DNA of 62,973 nucleotides, taken from assembly GCA_020724505.1 (NCBI GenBank), contig DYGV01000003.1, positions 1-62,973 on the forward strand, written 5' to 3'. This DNA is from Anaerolinea thermophila. GTDB taxonomy: Bacteria; Chloroflexota; Anaerolineae; Anaerolineales; UBA4823. The notes under the pieces are model-generated. The model searched no databases. It was given only the letters and a program-made list of their open reading frames with translations, and was not told the DNA's origin. This document shows positions 1 to 10,088 of this stretch, piece after piece. The stretch's first letter is position 1; each line of letters opens with the position of its first letter. Made by a program: the position numbers and the translations under genes.

Positions 1-830
1 GCCTCCACATACTCGGTGGCGCCGCCGATGCCGAGGGCAAGGTAAACTTTGGGTTTCACCCGTTTGCCAGATTTGCCAACCAAACGAGTCGCCGGCAACC
101 AGCCCTGGTCAACCACCGGGCGCGAGGCGCATATCACGCCGCCCAGGGCATCTGCCAGCTCCTGAACGATTTCCAGGTTGTCCTGGCTTTGGATACCGCG
201 TCCGACGGAGATGAGCAACGCCTCCTTCGTGATGTCCACATCGCCGGTTTCTGGCTCAATGTATTGAAGAAACCGCACCGGAAGTTTATTCAGTTGAGGA
301 ACAGATGCCTGCACCACCACGCCCGGCGTAACGCTTCGACCTTGCTCGGCTTTATAGCCGCCTGGAATCATGGTCGCCAGAGCAGTTGGGGGAGGCAACT
401 CGCCTTCAGCCATTAATTTCCCGCCGCAAATCTGGCTGGTGAATTCAATGGCGTTATTCTCCACCCGTAGGCTCTTGCAATAACTGACCAGGGGCAGGTT
501 GAGGCGCGCGGACAAGGGGCCCGCCACTTCAACGCCAATGGAGGTATCTCCAAACAACGCCAGGCGCGGCTTGTTTTCTTCGATCAACTCGCCGATCACG
601 CGCTGATAGGCGTTGGGGGTGAAATGGGCCAGATCCGGATGGTCGAAATACAGAATTCGATCCGCAGCCAGATCGTTTGTCAAGGCGCGTTGATTGTGCC
701 CCAGCACCAATGCGACAACATTGCCATCTATTTTTTCGGCAACTCCCCGCGCGGCTGCCAGCATGAGATACGAGATGTCTGCTACCCGCCCTTGCAGATG
801 TTCGATCAAGACGAAGATTTCTTGCTTCAT
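1..830 (-). CDS. etfA: Electron transfer flavoprotein alpha subunit (start at 830; 3' end runs off the window)
   Basis: Own minus-strand translation from ATG 830: MKQEIFVLIEHLQGRVADIS...ASRPVVDQGWLPATRLVGKSGKRVKPKVYLALGIGGATEYVE. GAGG lies about 9 nt upstream. It is absent from the ORF track because there is no stop inside the window. It lies directly downstream of etfB. Confidence 0.85.
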   Translation of the reverse strand, partial: MKQEIFVLIEHLQGRVADISYLMLAAARGVAEKIDGNVVALVLGHNQRALTNDLAADRILYFDHPDLAHFTPNAYQRVIGELIEENKPRLALFGDTSIGVEVAGPLSARLNLPLVSYCKSLRVENNAIEFTSQICGGKLMAEGELPPPTALATMIPGGYKAEQGRSVTPGVVVQASVPQLNKLPVRFLQYIEPETGDVDITKEALLISVGRGIQSQDNLEIVQELADALGGVICASRPVVDQGWLPATRLVGKSGKRVKPKVYLALGIGGATEYVE

Positions 831-854
831 ATGAAAACCTCGCTACAGGCTTTC

Positions 855-1619
855 TCAAAGGAGATCCAACTCCGCGAAAATCTCAACCAGTCTGGCAGCA
901 ATTTCATCCACATCGCCTGCGATGATCGCTGCCCTCTCGCCAATCTCCGGCTGAAACAGGCGAGCGACGGTGATTTGCTCTTCAGCGAATAGATCTGGAA
1001 TCCGCCTCCCTTCGAGTTGAACCGTCTTCATCGCCTGACGGATTCTGCTAAAGGCGACGTAGCGAGGAGGCTGCTCTGCCGCCTGGACGCCCAATACCGC
1101 CGGCAAATCAACTTCCATTTCTGCCGCCAAACCGCCGGGGTACTCCTTGCGGATTTCGACTTCGCCGTCTTTCACCGCCGCTTTCGCCACATACCCCACA
1201 TAAGGAAGATCGAGATATTCCGCCAATAACGGACCCAACGGGCCATCCAAATCGTTGTGAGCCTGCACACCAGTCAGCACCAAGCCCGGTTGGAGACTCT
1301 TAATCACGGGAGCTAACCACCGCGCCAATGTGTGATTGCTTACCAGCGGCGCAGGGTTGCCGGTCAGTTTTATAATCTGGTCTGCGCCTTTCGCCGCCGC
1401 GGTAAACAGCGCATCTTCTGCGCCATCGCCATCCAGGGCGATCACAATCACCCGCCCAGCGCCGCGCTCTTTCAATAGAATGGCCTGTTCAAGAGCATGT
1501 TCGTCGAACTCATTCACTCTCAAGCGCAGGCTCTCAAGATCGAGAGAATTTCCTTCTTCGCTGATCTTCAGCTCTTCGACCAGATCTGGAACAAGCTTGA
1601 TTGCGACAATAATATTCAT
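855..1619 (-). CDS. etfB: Electron transfer flavoprotein beta subunit
   Basis: ORF 855..1811 trimmed to the internal ATG at 1619 (MNIIVAIKLVPDLVEEL...), the canonical EtfB N-terminus. The longer N-terminal extension overlaps the upstream gene. Confidence 0.9.
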   Translation of the reverse strand: MNIIVAIKLVPDLVEELKISEEGNSLDLESLRLRVNEFDEHALEQAILLKERGAGRVIVIALDGDGAEDALFTAAAKGADQIIKLTGNPAPLVSNHTLARWLAPVIKSLQPGLVLTGVQAHNDLDGPLGPLLAEYLDLPYVGYVAKAAVKDGEVEIRKEYPGGLAAEMEVDLPAVLGVQAAEQPPRYVAFSRIRQAMKTVQLEGRRIPDLFAEEQITVARLFQPEIGERAAIIAGDVDEIAARLVEIFAELDLL

Positions 1620-1632
1620 AAGATTACCCTCT

Positions 1633-2838
1633 TTACTCGCCAATCGACTCGAGCAACAATTCAGAAATATCCCGGATGACCAAACGGCTGGCCTTTTGAA
1701 CCATTTTGACCGCATCTTCGAAACGGGGTATCTCGTAGGTGCAGGCGACAGCCAGTATATCCGCGCCGATTGCAACCGCTTCGCGCACACGCCATTCAGA
1801 CAACCTGGCATGAGCTTGCTCCCATTGATAACCTTCTAACCACATTCCGCCGCCTCCGCCGCCGCAACATAAACTGTTGGCAGCAGAATGCGGCATTTCC
1901 ACCAGTTCAACGCCGGGAATAGCTTGCAGCAACTGGCGGGGAGGCTGGTAAATTCCATTGGCGCGCCCCAGATAACATGGATCATGATAAGCGACACGCG
2001 CTTTAATTTCATGCCTCAACAAAGGTCGTAGAAGATCGAGTTTCGCACACAGGTATTGGGTGTAGTGTTGAACCGGATAGTTCACTCCCAGTTTGGGGTA
2101 TTCATTTTTTAGCGCATTAAAGGCATGTGGATCAGCAGTGACGATCTGGTTGAACTGATATTTCTGAAAAACCTTGCCGTTCTTATCCACCAGCAATTCG
2201 AACAATCCGCGCTCGCCCGCCAGGCGTTGCGAATCGCCGTCGCTGTTTTCCTCGTGTCCGAGAATCCCGAAATCCACTTTCAGAAGGTTGAAAATCCTGG
2301 CTAAAGCCCGGCTGGATAGTTGAACGCGGGGGTGAAAAGAAGCATAATCGCCGACAAACCACAAGACATCCACCGGTCGGTTGATTTGGCTCATAATTTT
2401 CACCGGCGGTTCGATGCCCCTTGCCCAGGCGGCGCGTTTGCGCGGCGATTCGCCCATCGGATTGCCATAACGTTGAGTATTTTCCAACGCGTCTTGTAGT
2501 TCAATCGGCACATTGCCGGCCAGGAGCAGCTCCTCTTTGGTGCGCGTCATCAAGCCAGCGGTCAGCGGAATTTGCGCCGGGCAGGAGCTCGTGCAGGCAT
2601 AGCAAGATACACACATCCAGACATTATCCGTCTTCAAAACCCTATCAAACATTCCAGCACGCAATGCGGCGATCATCTTACTGGGTGGATAATCCATCAG
2701 ATAGCCAAAGGGACAAACGCCGCTGCACGTACCGCATTGCAAACACGCCCGCACTCGCTCACCGTCAGGCAGCTTCTGCAAACTGGTATAGAAAATCTCA
2801 CTAAATGTAGGTCTTTGAGTAACAGCGCTGACTGCCAT
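1633..2838 (-). CDS. ETF-associated Fe-S oxidoreductase (HdrD/GlpC-like, 2x[4Fe-4S] plus CCG domains)
   Basis: Two ferredoxin-type motifs (CLQCGTCSGVCP, CVSCYACTSSCP) and CCG-domain motifs (HDPCYLGR, LCCGGGGG). GGAGG lies upstream of ATG 2838. The gene is the first of an operon with etfB and etfA. Confidence 0.85.
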   Translation of the reverse strand: MAVSAVTQRPTFSEIFYTSLQKLPDGERVRACLQCGTCSGVCPFGYLMDYPPSKMIAALRAGMFDRVLKTDNVWMCVSCYACTSSCPAQIPLTAGLMTRTKEELLLAGNVPIELQDALENTQRYGNPMGESPRKRAAWARGIEPPVKIMSQINRPVDVLWFVGDYASFHPRVQLSSRALARIFNLLKVDFGILGHEENSDGDSQRLAGERGLFELLVDKNGKVFQKYQFNQIVTADPHAFNALKNEYPKLGVNYPVQHYTQYLCAKLDLLRPLLRHEIKARVAYHDPCYLGRANGIYQPPRQLLQAIPGVELVEMPHSAANSLCCGGGGGGMWLEGYQWEQAHARLSEWRVREAVAIGADILAVACTYEIPRFEDAVKMVQKASRLVIRDISELLLESIGE

Positions 2839-3138
2839 TCATCCACCTCCTGAAACGAGCCATACACTTGCACGTAACCCGTATGCGACAGCCGTGCTCA
2901 GGGTGTGTCTCGTACCGGCAGCCGTTGCAATTCGTTGGTACCCATTGTGTTCCGTCAAGACGGAAGCGCATCGTCCGCTTTGTTAAATGGCGTCATAACT
3001 CCCCCATGCAGCTTCACACCCTGAGGCAGGGGCGCTTAAATTGACTATACAACATTCGAAGGCGACTGTCTGTCAGGAGGATTACGCGATTTATGTAATG
3101 AAATTTCTTACAGAGCGGGGCAATCGTGGGCAGTGATT

Positions 3139-3789
3139 CTAGCGGATGATATGGTGACGCAGGGCATACTCGACGAGTTCATGCCTGGTGGATAAGCCGA
3201 GCTTCACCATAACACGAGTGCGGTAGGTATCCACCGTGCGCGGGCTGATATTGAGCTGCTCCCCAATCTCGCGACTGGTATATCCCCGAACAGTTTTTTC
3301 CAACACCAATCGTTCTCTATCCGAAAGCACTTCCGGCCCGGGCGGTTGCGCGCGATCCGCCGCGTAAGCCCGGTGTTGACGCAAAAGCGTTTCTAACCCC
3401 TGAGGGCTGATAAATGACTCGCCGGCCATGACGGTTTTGATGGCATCCAGCACGTCTCGATCGGCAGCGGATTTTCGCACATAACCTGCGCCCCCTGCTT
3501 CGAGAAATGGAACCAAATAAACATCCTCGCTATGCATGGTGAGAGCGAGGACTTTGGCATCTGGCCAGGCGTTGTAAATTTGCCGGGTCGCTTCAATGCC
3601 ATCCATATCTGGCAAACTGAGGTCCATGAGAATAATATCCGGTCGCAGCTCAAGCGCCTTGCTGATTGCGCACCTACCATCCGAAGCCTCACCGACGATT
3701 TCTCCCCCATGTGATTTGAGAAGCATTCCCAGGCTGCTTCGCACAACCGTATGATCTTCAACAAGGAGAATGCGCACGCCGTTGATCAT
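3139..3789 (-). CDS. Two-component response regulator, NarL/LuxR family
   Basis: Receiver domain (ILLVEDH...DIILMDLSLPDMDG) plus a C-terminal LuxR-type HTH (LSDRERLVLEKTVRGYTSREIGEQLNISPRTVDTYRTRVMVKLG). Confidence 0.9.
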   Translation of the reverse strand: MINGVRILLVEDHTVVRSSLGMLLKSHGGEIVGEASDGRCAISKALELRPDIILMDLSLPDMDGIEATRQIYNAWPDAKVLALTMHSEDVYLVPFLEAGGAGYVRKSAADRDVLDAIKTVMAGESFISPQGLETLLRQHRAYAADRAQPPGPEVLSDRERLVLEKTVRGYTSREIGEQLNISPRTVDTYRTRVMVKLGLSTRHELVEYALRHHIIR

Positions 3790-3795
3790 TTTCCT

Positions 3796-5004
3796 CTACC
3801 TCTTCAGTGGAATCTCAACGCTGAGCTGTGTGCCTGCACCAGGCGCAGCTTCGATCTGCAAACTTCCCCTCAACAATTCCACCCGTTCTCGAATCCCTAC
3901 CAGACCCAAGCCGCGATCCAGGGCGGCGGCATCGAAACCCACCCCATTATCGCTGATGGTTAACCTCACCAGCCCCGAATGCAGATCCCGCTCCAGAAGC
4001 ACCACAACCTTCTGCGCTTTGCCATGCCGGATAGCGTTGTTCACCCCCTCCTGGGCAACTCGATACAGGGTCAGTTCAATCTCCGGGGAGAGGCGCTCCT
4101 GCCTTTCTGGCGCCAGGAATTGGATGTCAAGGCCAGTGCGCTCGGCGCATTGTTTGACATACCAATGCAGAGCGGGAACAATTCCCAGGTTATCTAACGC
4201 AGCGGGACGTAAATCCATCGCCAATCGGCGCAATTCTTCAATGGTCTGAGAAGTCAAAGCGCGCAGATCGTTGATGCGCTCGCTGAGAGAAGGGACGCTG
4301 GTTTCCTCTGATAGGGATTTAAGTTGAATCAAGAGAGAAGTTAGAGCCTGTCCGATTTCATCATGCAACTCACGCGCCAGGCGCTTACGCTCTTCTTCCT
4401 GAAGTTCAACCGCTCTGCGCAGGGCGCGGCGAAGTTCAGCCTCTTTATGCCGCAGTTCAACCAGCAACCGGGCGTTCGATAGGCTGGTGCCAACCACGTT
4501 CCCGATCACTTCTAACAACACCAAATCGTGAGAGCTGTACTCGCGCGCCTTAAATGCGCCAAGATGATAAACTCCGATAACTTCGCCCTCCATTTTCAGA
4601 GGCGCGCAAGCCCAGGAGATAATCCCCGCCTGCAATAGAAGGGGCGCGAATTCAGCCAGCGCCTGAGGCGATTTCTGTATATCTTCGATCGCAACGGCGC
4701 GACCGGTTTCAAGCACACATTGCAATGAACTGCCTGGCGCGCTTAGATTGGCTATGACTGTTTCCAAATCTGGCGAAAAAATTCCCTGGGAGGCTTTCAA
4801 TTTGAGAGAGCGGTCATCCCCGTCCAGGAGGTAGATGAACCCCACCTCGGCGTCCATAAGCGCCGTGATGCGCGCCAAGGCGGTTGCCACCACCGCCTCG
4901 ACGCCCTTGCCCAGGGTGAGAGCTTCGGCCAGTTCATTTACCGCCCGCAGCTCACGGTTATGGCGCATCCAAGCGTCCTGAGAATATTCCAGGGAAGCGG
5001 CCAT
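3796..5004 (-). CDS. GAF-domain sensor histidine kinase (HisKA_3/NarX-type)
   Basis: N-terminal GAF-like region, H-box LARELHDEIGQAL and a C-terminal HATPase region (NNAIRHG...DNGVGF...GLGLVGIRERV). The gene is 6 nt upstream of the regulator gene. Confidence 0.85.
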   Translation of the reverse strand: MAASLEYSQDAWMRHNRELRAVNELAEALTLGKGVEAVVATALARITALMDAEVGFIYLLDGDDRSLKLKASQGIFSPDLETVIANLSAPGSSLQCVLETGRAVAIEDIQKSPQALAEFAPLLLQAGIISWACAPLKMEGEVIGVYHLGAFKAREYSSHDLVLLEVIGNVVGTSLSNARLLVELRHKEAELRRALRRAVELQEEERKRLARELHDEIGQALTSLLIQLKSLSEETSVPSLSERINDLRALTSQTIEELRRLAMDLRPAALDNLGIVPALHWYVKQCAERTGLDIQFLAPERQERLSPEIELTLYRVAQEGVNNAIRHGKAQKVVVLLERDLHSGLVRLTISDNGVGFDAAALDRGLGLVGIRERVELLRGSLQIEAAPGAGTQLSVEIPLKR

Positions 5005-5288
5005 AGGTTTTTGCCGAATACAACGTCTTTCGTTCCTCTATCAATTGATTTTACCTGATATTTTTTAACGCGGATTTCACCGAGATTACCGAATTTTGAA
5101 CGCCCCGGGCTTCGAACATGTTGGGTTTTGTTTGAATCTAGATTTCACAAGCACTCAGCCTTATTCCGCTTGCGCAAATCCTTGCATTCGAAATATCCCC
5201 CTCCGCGTTACCGTAGATATCTGTGTTATCCGAGTTAAAATCCGTTGCTGAACTCCACTGCCTCCCTCCGTGCAATCTGTGTTAATAA

Positions 5289-6809
5289 TCAGTGGTCCGT
5301 CCACCTCGGCCGATACTGCAACGCTTCCGCCAGGTGGTTTGGCCCGATCTGCGCTGCGCCGGCCAAATCGGCGATGGTGCGCGCTAGCTTCAAAATGCGG
5401 TGATAGGCGCGGGCGGTAAGCTGTAATTGGCTCATGGCTGTTTTCATCAAAGCGCGCCCGGTTTCGTCCAACACGCAGTATTTACGCACCTCGGCGGGCT
5501 GCATATCCGCGTTGCAGACCAATCCCGTGCCAGCAAAACGTTCCCGCTGAACCTGGCGGGCAACTTCCACACGCTGACGGATGACCTCCGATGGTTCACC
5601 CAAACGGTGATCGCTCAGCTTTTCGTATTCCACGCGAGGCACTTCGACGTGAATATCAATGCGATCCAGCAGCGGCCCAGAGATACGCTTTTGATACTTG
5701 GTCACGACCACGTTTGAACAGGTGCAAGGCTTCACCGGGTCGCCATAGTATCCGCACGGGCAGGGGTTCATCGCCCCTACAAGTTGAAAATTGGCGGGAA
5801 AGGTCAGCGTGCCCTGGGCGCGGCTGATGGTTACCACCTTATCTTCAATGGGTTGGCGCAACACCTCCAGGACGCGCATCCCAAACTCCGGCAGTTCATC
5901 CAAGAAAAGCACGCCGCGATGCGCCAGGGAGATTTCACCGGGGTGCGGCACATTGCCGCCGCCCACCAACCCAGCATGAGAGATGGTGTGATGCGGAGCA
6001 CGAAAAGGCCGATTGCGGATCAACGGCACATCTGGCGGAAGCTGGTCAGCCACGGAGTAGATGCGGGTTACATCTAACGCTTCGTCAATGGTCATGCGCG
6101 GCAGGATGCCCGGCAACGCCCGTGCCAGCAGGGTCTTCCCTGAGCCTGGCGGGCCAACCATCAACAGGTTGTGAGAACCCGCTGCCGCCACTTCCAGAGC
6201 GCGCTTGACATGTTCTTGACCCTTGATCTCGGCAAAGTCTGTGGTCGGCGGGATGGGCGCTTCGTCGGGAGAAATTGTCGGGTATGGAGCAATAGGGATA
6301 GCGCCTTCCAGGTGCGCTACCAGCGCGGTCAACGAAGCCACCGGATAGACCTCCAAGCCTGGAACCAGCGCGGCCTCGGCGGCGTCCGCCTCAGGTGTGA
6401 AAATGCGGCGGAAGCCCTGCTGACGCGCCAGGGCCGCCATGGGCAGGACGCCGCGCACATGGCGAACAGCGCCATCCAGCGACAACTCACCGACCACCAG
6501 GCTACCTTCCAGCGCGTCGCAGGAGATTTGCCCGCTGGCCATCAACGCGCCAAGCGCGATGGGCAAATCGTAGGCTGGGCCTTCCTTGCGCACCGCGGCC
6601 GGCGCTAAGTTGACAATCATACGTTTACGGGGGAAATACAATCCCGCATTGCGGATGGCTGCCTGGACACGCTCGCGGCTTTCCTGGACGGCTGCGTCGG
6701 GCAGTCCGACGATGGCTACCGCTGGCAACCCATCTCCGGTATCCACCTCAACTTCGACGATGACCCCTTCTAATCCAACGACGGCGCAAGAGAAGACCCG
6801 GGCAAGCAT
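5289..6809 (-). CDS. comM: Mg-chelatase-like ATPase, YifB/ComM family
   Basis: 506 aa. Lon-protease-like N-terminal domain, Walker A MVGPPGSGKT and a C-terminal ChlI-type domain. Confidence 0.9.
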   Translation of the reverse strand: MLARVFSCAVVGLEGVIVEVEVDTGDGLPAVAIVGLPDAAVQESRERVQAAIRNAGLYFPRKRMIVNLAPAAVRKEGPAYDLPIALGALMASGQISCDALEGSLVVGELSLDGAVRHVRGVLPMAALARQQGFRRIFTPEADAAEAALVPGLEVYPVASLTALVAHLEGAIPIAPYPTISPDEAPIPPTTDFAEIKGQEHVKRALEVAAAGSHNLLMVGPPGSGKTLLARALPGILPRMTIDEALDVTRIYSVADQLPPDVPLIRNRPFRAPHHTISHAGLVGGGNVPHPGEISLAHRGVLFLDELPEFGMRVLEVLRQPIEDKVVTISRAQGTLTFPANFQLVGAMNPCPCGYYGDPVKPCTCSNVVVTKYQKRISGPLLDRIDIHVEVPRVEYEKLSDHRLGEPSEVIRQRVEVARQVQRERFAGTGLVCNADMQPAEVRKYCVLDETGRALMKTAMSQLQLTARAYHRILKLARTIADLAGAAQIGPNHLAEALQYRPRWTDH

Positions 6810-6896
6810 GGCAGAATGATTTTACAACAACCCTTGAGAAAAACACAGGTGGACTTGCGGGATTGACAGGCACATAGCTCAACCGATGACCTCGCG

Positions 6897-8600
6897 CTAT
6901 ATTCTCTCCATCAAACGATAAGTGGTCAGAATTTGTTCGTAAGGGTAGTCGAATTCAATGGTGCAAAAATAGCCCGGCGGACGTTCGTCCATCAGGTCTA
7001 ACGGAATTAACCCGTCCCAGGAATAGGCCAGTTGCGGAAATGCCCCGCGCCCCACCGTGCGAATAGCGGTCACGCCGCATGCGCCACATTCCGCTGCGAA
7101 CTGCAAAAACTCATCCCCCAACGCTTGCCCTGGCTCTCCCATCGCTACGCTCAGAGATTGCAAATTCTCTTTGGGGATCAAACGTAGATACCTGCGTGGG
7201 ATATCCATCCGGTGCGCCACAGGGCGGACGACGATGACACGCCCCTGGCAATCATTGACCTGTTGACGGAAGGCGGCTGCATCCAGCGGACGGCGATCCA
7301 GGATGACCAGAAATTCATCATCGTAATCCGAAAACACCTTGGTCAGGCCGACGCGCTCCAGGTTTTTGTAACGGTCGAAACGCTCATGTAACAGCCGGCG
7401 CGGCCAGCCGCCCAACGGCAACCAGGCGGAGAGATGATGCAACTGACCCAGCAAGCAGTGGGCGTAATCCTCGGCGTTTGCATCTTGCCCAGCGCGTTCC
7501 TCAACAAAATGCACCCGCGCAGATAGACAACCGTTTTGGTCCCAAAGGATTGAATCCAACGCAGCCAGGCGGGCGGCAATCTCCATGCTCGATTTACCGC
7601 TGTCTGGGTCGCCCTCTGCGCTGGTTAGCATTTCGGCGCCTATAGCCGAGAAACTTACCTTATGACCATGGGCATGAAAACGAAGGGGGTGCTTCGCGGG
7701 CGGGCGAGCGCGCCGGGCAGCGTCAAATTGCCGACGCAGGTTGACAATGGTCTCATCACTGGCCGCGGCAATGACCAGGTCGGCGCGGCTCAATAGGTCT
7801 CTTTGCAGCGCCTGATCCTCAAAATCCCAGACCAACAGCGCGGTGGTACACAGCAAGTCAGGGTCTGCTTCCTCCATCGCTTGCAACACGAGCGGACTGA
7901 AGATTGGTTCATGCCGCGAATTACGCACGATGATGACTGGCATGGCAGCAGATAAAGCAATCGCCTGCGCCAGCAGCGCAATCAACAGCGCCGCCCCAGG
8001 CACATTGCCCGCGCCATAACCGATCACTACTTGGGGAGGTGCAGAACGCTCGTAAATGGGGCGTTGTGACAGAATCGGCGACCGGCTATAAATCTCACGC
8101 CAGGGTTGTTGCGAGAAAAAACGCGCTCGGCCAGGAAGGCCTGACATCGGCTGCCACTTCTCGATTGCCTGCCAGGTGGGAGTAAATGAAAACGTTGCAG
8201 GCAATTGATCCAGAGAGAACAAATCCAAAGCTCGCAGCGCCAGGTGGATCATGGCCGGCGAGTAGCCGGTATAGCCCGGCAAAGTCTGGATTGCCCGCTG
8301 GTGGAGGGGATTAGATGGGTCAGCCAGGCGGCGGCCGGCATGATTGATCGCCGCCTGGAAACGCCGCCAGAAGTCGCCACCCTTCGGCGGTAGAGAACAA
8401 TTACGCTCCAAAGATTGCAAAAGCGCAGCCCATTGCCGGCTGTCCAGGCGCGGCCAGCGAGCGGTCACCGCGCCAGGAGCTTGCACTGAAGCCGGCTGCC
8501 CATTGACGAAGGTTCGTTCCTCGAATTCGGTTTCGGGCGTCAATATGGCGTCACGAACCTGCCGCGGCAACCAGAAACCTTCTATAGGGGGAACAGTCAT
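6897..8600 (-). CDS. LuxC-like acyl-CoA (acyl-enzyme) reductase, aldehyde-forming, with a long N-terminal extension
   Basis: ALDH-like GYGAGNVPGAALL motif and a candidate nucleophile in WDQNGCLSARVHFVE. The start is placed at ATG 8600 (MTVPPIEG...), 16 nt after the LuxE-like stop. The track start at 8645 would overlap the upstream gene by 29 nt. Confidence 0.65.
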   Translation of the reverse strand: MTVPPIEGFWLPRQVRDAILTPETEFEERTFVNGQPASVQAPGAVTARWPRLDSRQWAALLQSLERNCSLPPKGGDFWRRFQAAINHAGRRLADPSNPLHQRAIQTLPGYTGYSPAMIHLALRALDLFSLDQLPATFSFTPTWQAIEKWQPMSGLPGRARFFSQQPWREIYSRSPILSQRPIYERSAPPQVVIGYGAGNVPGAALLIALLAQAIALSAAMPVIIVRNSRHEPIFSPLVLQAMEEADPDLLCTTALLVWDFEDQALQRDLLSRADLVIAAASDETIVNLRRQFDAARRARPPAKHPLRFHAHGHKVSFSAIGAEMLTSAEGDPDSGKSSMEIAARLAALDSILWDQNGCLSARVHFVEERAGQDANAEDYAHCLLGQLHHLSAWLPLGGWPRRLLHERFDRYKNLERVGLTKVFSDYDDEFLVILDRRPLDAAAFRQQVNDCQGRVIVVRPVAHRMDIPRRYLRLIPKENLQSLSVAMGEPGQALGDEFLQFAAECGACGVTAIRTVGRGAFPQLAYSWDGLIPLDLMDERPPGYFCTIEFDYPYEQILTTYRLMERI

Positions 8601-8616
8601 CTTGCACCCATTTGGC

Positions 8617-10050
8617 TCAAATTTGGGCGGCGCATCCCGCCTCATCCAACAAATCTACGCGTTGGATAGAACCTTGGGCGATGTATGCCCCGGCTTCCCC
8701 GCAGGGGCAATCCAACGCCGGATCATAAGCGGTTGACCCATTCACCAGGCGCATTTGGTCAGCCGTCTTAAAAAAGGCAGGGATAAGATCGCCGCCGCCT
8801 TGTGGGTCAAAGAAAGCCAGTATGCCGGTCGCATCAGGGGCAATCTGAAAGCGGTCATCTGCATCTAATACCGCTACATAGACCCAGGGCGGAATGTGAT
8901 AATTGCCCGCTGCGCATTGCATGGCAGCCCAGTTGGCCTCCGCCATGCCATATACATCTCGCACCGGCGCCGGCTGTCCATCCGTCGTGCGCACGCTCTG
9001 CGCCAGATCGTGACGGATCTGTTCGGGAACAGAAGGATAAAACTCTTTGAAACCGCCTCCGGTACCCAACAAGCTGCCGGGTGGCAGTTGCAAAACCCTC
9101 TTCTGATCGCGCAGCGTCAAAGCGACAGCATGCAAATGCACCCACGAGGCAAAGAGCAAAATCTTTGCCCCATCAGCCTCTGCCTGCAGCAATAAATCCA
9201 CCGCCCGGCGAACCGCCTGTGGAGATACTGTATGCTCATTCATCCAATTCATGAAAGGGTTGAGCACGCGGCGCTCCAGCCAACCTTGCCAGCCAGGGCG
9301 GTAAGCGCGCCCGCTGCGAATACGCACCTGGTCTGGATAAGCCGGGAAAGGGATGGTAAAGAAGGTATTTTCCGGCGGCACGCCAACCTGCCGCAGGCTA
9401 AAACCGACCATGCGCGCCATGGCAATGCGCGTTTGGCGGGGCATGATAAAGATCGCCCGATGATCCAGTTGCATCCCAAAATAACGCTGAAAGCACAGAT
9501 AAAAACTCTCGACCGTGCGCTCGATCGCCCGTTGATCGCGCGCCAGGATTGTCGAGCGGCCAGAGGTGCCGCTGGAGGTGAGGATCTCGATGCCCAAGTC
9601 GGCATAGAGGCGTTCGATGTCTTGTAGCAACGCTTCTAAAGACGGATACCGATCTTTCAATTGTCCAATCCGCTCGGCTGGCGCGCGATCGGCCATCGGA
9701 TGAATCGAGAGATGATCTAACAACCAGGCCATGAAACGACGCGGCTGATCTTGCGGGAAGGGCGTCCCCAGAATGTCTATATACGATTTGAAAGTCTGAG
9801 AGGTGGGGCGTAAAAGACGCGGTAAATCTTGCAGGCTGATTTCTGCGCCAATCTTGCGCGCCGCAAGGGCGTCGTGATAAGCCGGGTTATGCATGAAATG
9901 CCAAGCATGCGAAGCCTGAATAGCCTGGAACAGGATTTCTGGCCGAGATGGGGGTGGAATTTGCCAAAAATCCGCTAATTGAAGCTGCTTGCCGGAACCG
10001 CGCAACCGCCGTTCAACAGTTTCTTCTACTCTAATCATCGCCTCACCCAT
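8617..10050 (-). CDS. LuxE-like acyl-protein synthetase (adenylate-forming, PaaK/LuxE superfamily)
   Basis: P-loop-like LTSSGTSGRST motif typical of LuxE/PaaK-type adenylating enzymes. A cysteine lies 6 residues from the C-terminus (GCAAQI). The gene is immediately upstream of the LuxC-like gene. Confidence 0.65.
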   Translation of the reverse strand: MGEAMIRVEETVERRLRGSGKQLQLADFWQIPPPSRPEILFQAIQASHAWHFMHNPAYHDALAARKIGAEISLQDLPRLLRPTSQTFKSYIDILGTPFPQDQPRRFMAWLLDHLSIHPMADRAPAERIGQLKDRYPSLEALLQDIERLYADLGIEILTSSGTSGRSTILARDQRAIERTVESFYLCFQRYFGMQLDHRAIFIMPRQTRIAMARMVGFSLRQVGVPPENTFFTIPFPAYPDQVRIRSGRAYRPGWQGWLERRVLNPFMNWMNEHTVSPQAVRRAVDLLLQAEADGAKILLFASWVHLHAVALTLRDQKRVLQLPPGSLLGTGGGFKEFYPSVPEQIRHDLAQSVRTTDGQPAPVRDVYGMAEANWAAMQCAAGNYHIPPWVYVAVLDADDRFQIAPDATGILAFFDPQGGGDLIPAFFKTADQMRLVNGSTAYDPALDCPCGEAGAYIAQGSIQRVDLLDEAGCAAQI

Positions 10051-10088
10051 TACTGTTCATGTACTTTAGTGGTTCTCTCGGTAAATTC

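Noticed and set aside
855-1811. Long N-terminal extensions of many track ORFs (for example 855..1811, 11240.., 20235.., 25607..27298, 26946.., 32015..33718, 43455.., 55491..57029)
   Set aside because: The extensions overlap neighbouring genes and have non-protein-like composition. Internal ATGs with SD-like sequences coincide with the canonical family N-termini, so the starts were trimmed.
5005-5288. AT-rich intergenic region with the short direct repeat atctgtgtta (about 5218 and 5274) as a CRISPR remnant, sRNA or mobile-element scar
   Set aside because: There are only two short repeats, with no regular spacing, no terminator and no conserved fold. It is most simply the comM 3' region plus the promoter region of the kinase-regulator operon.
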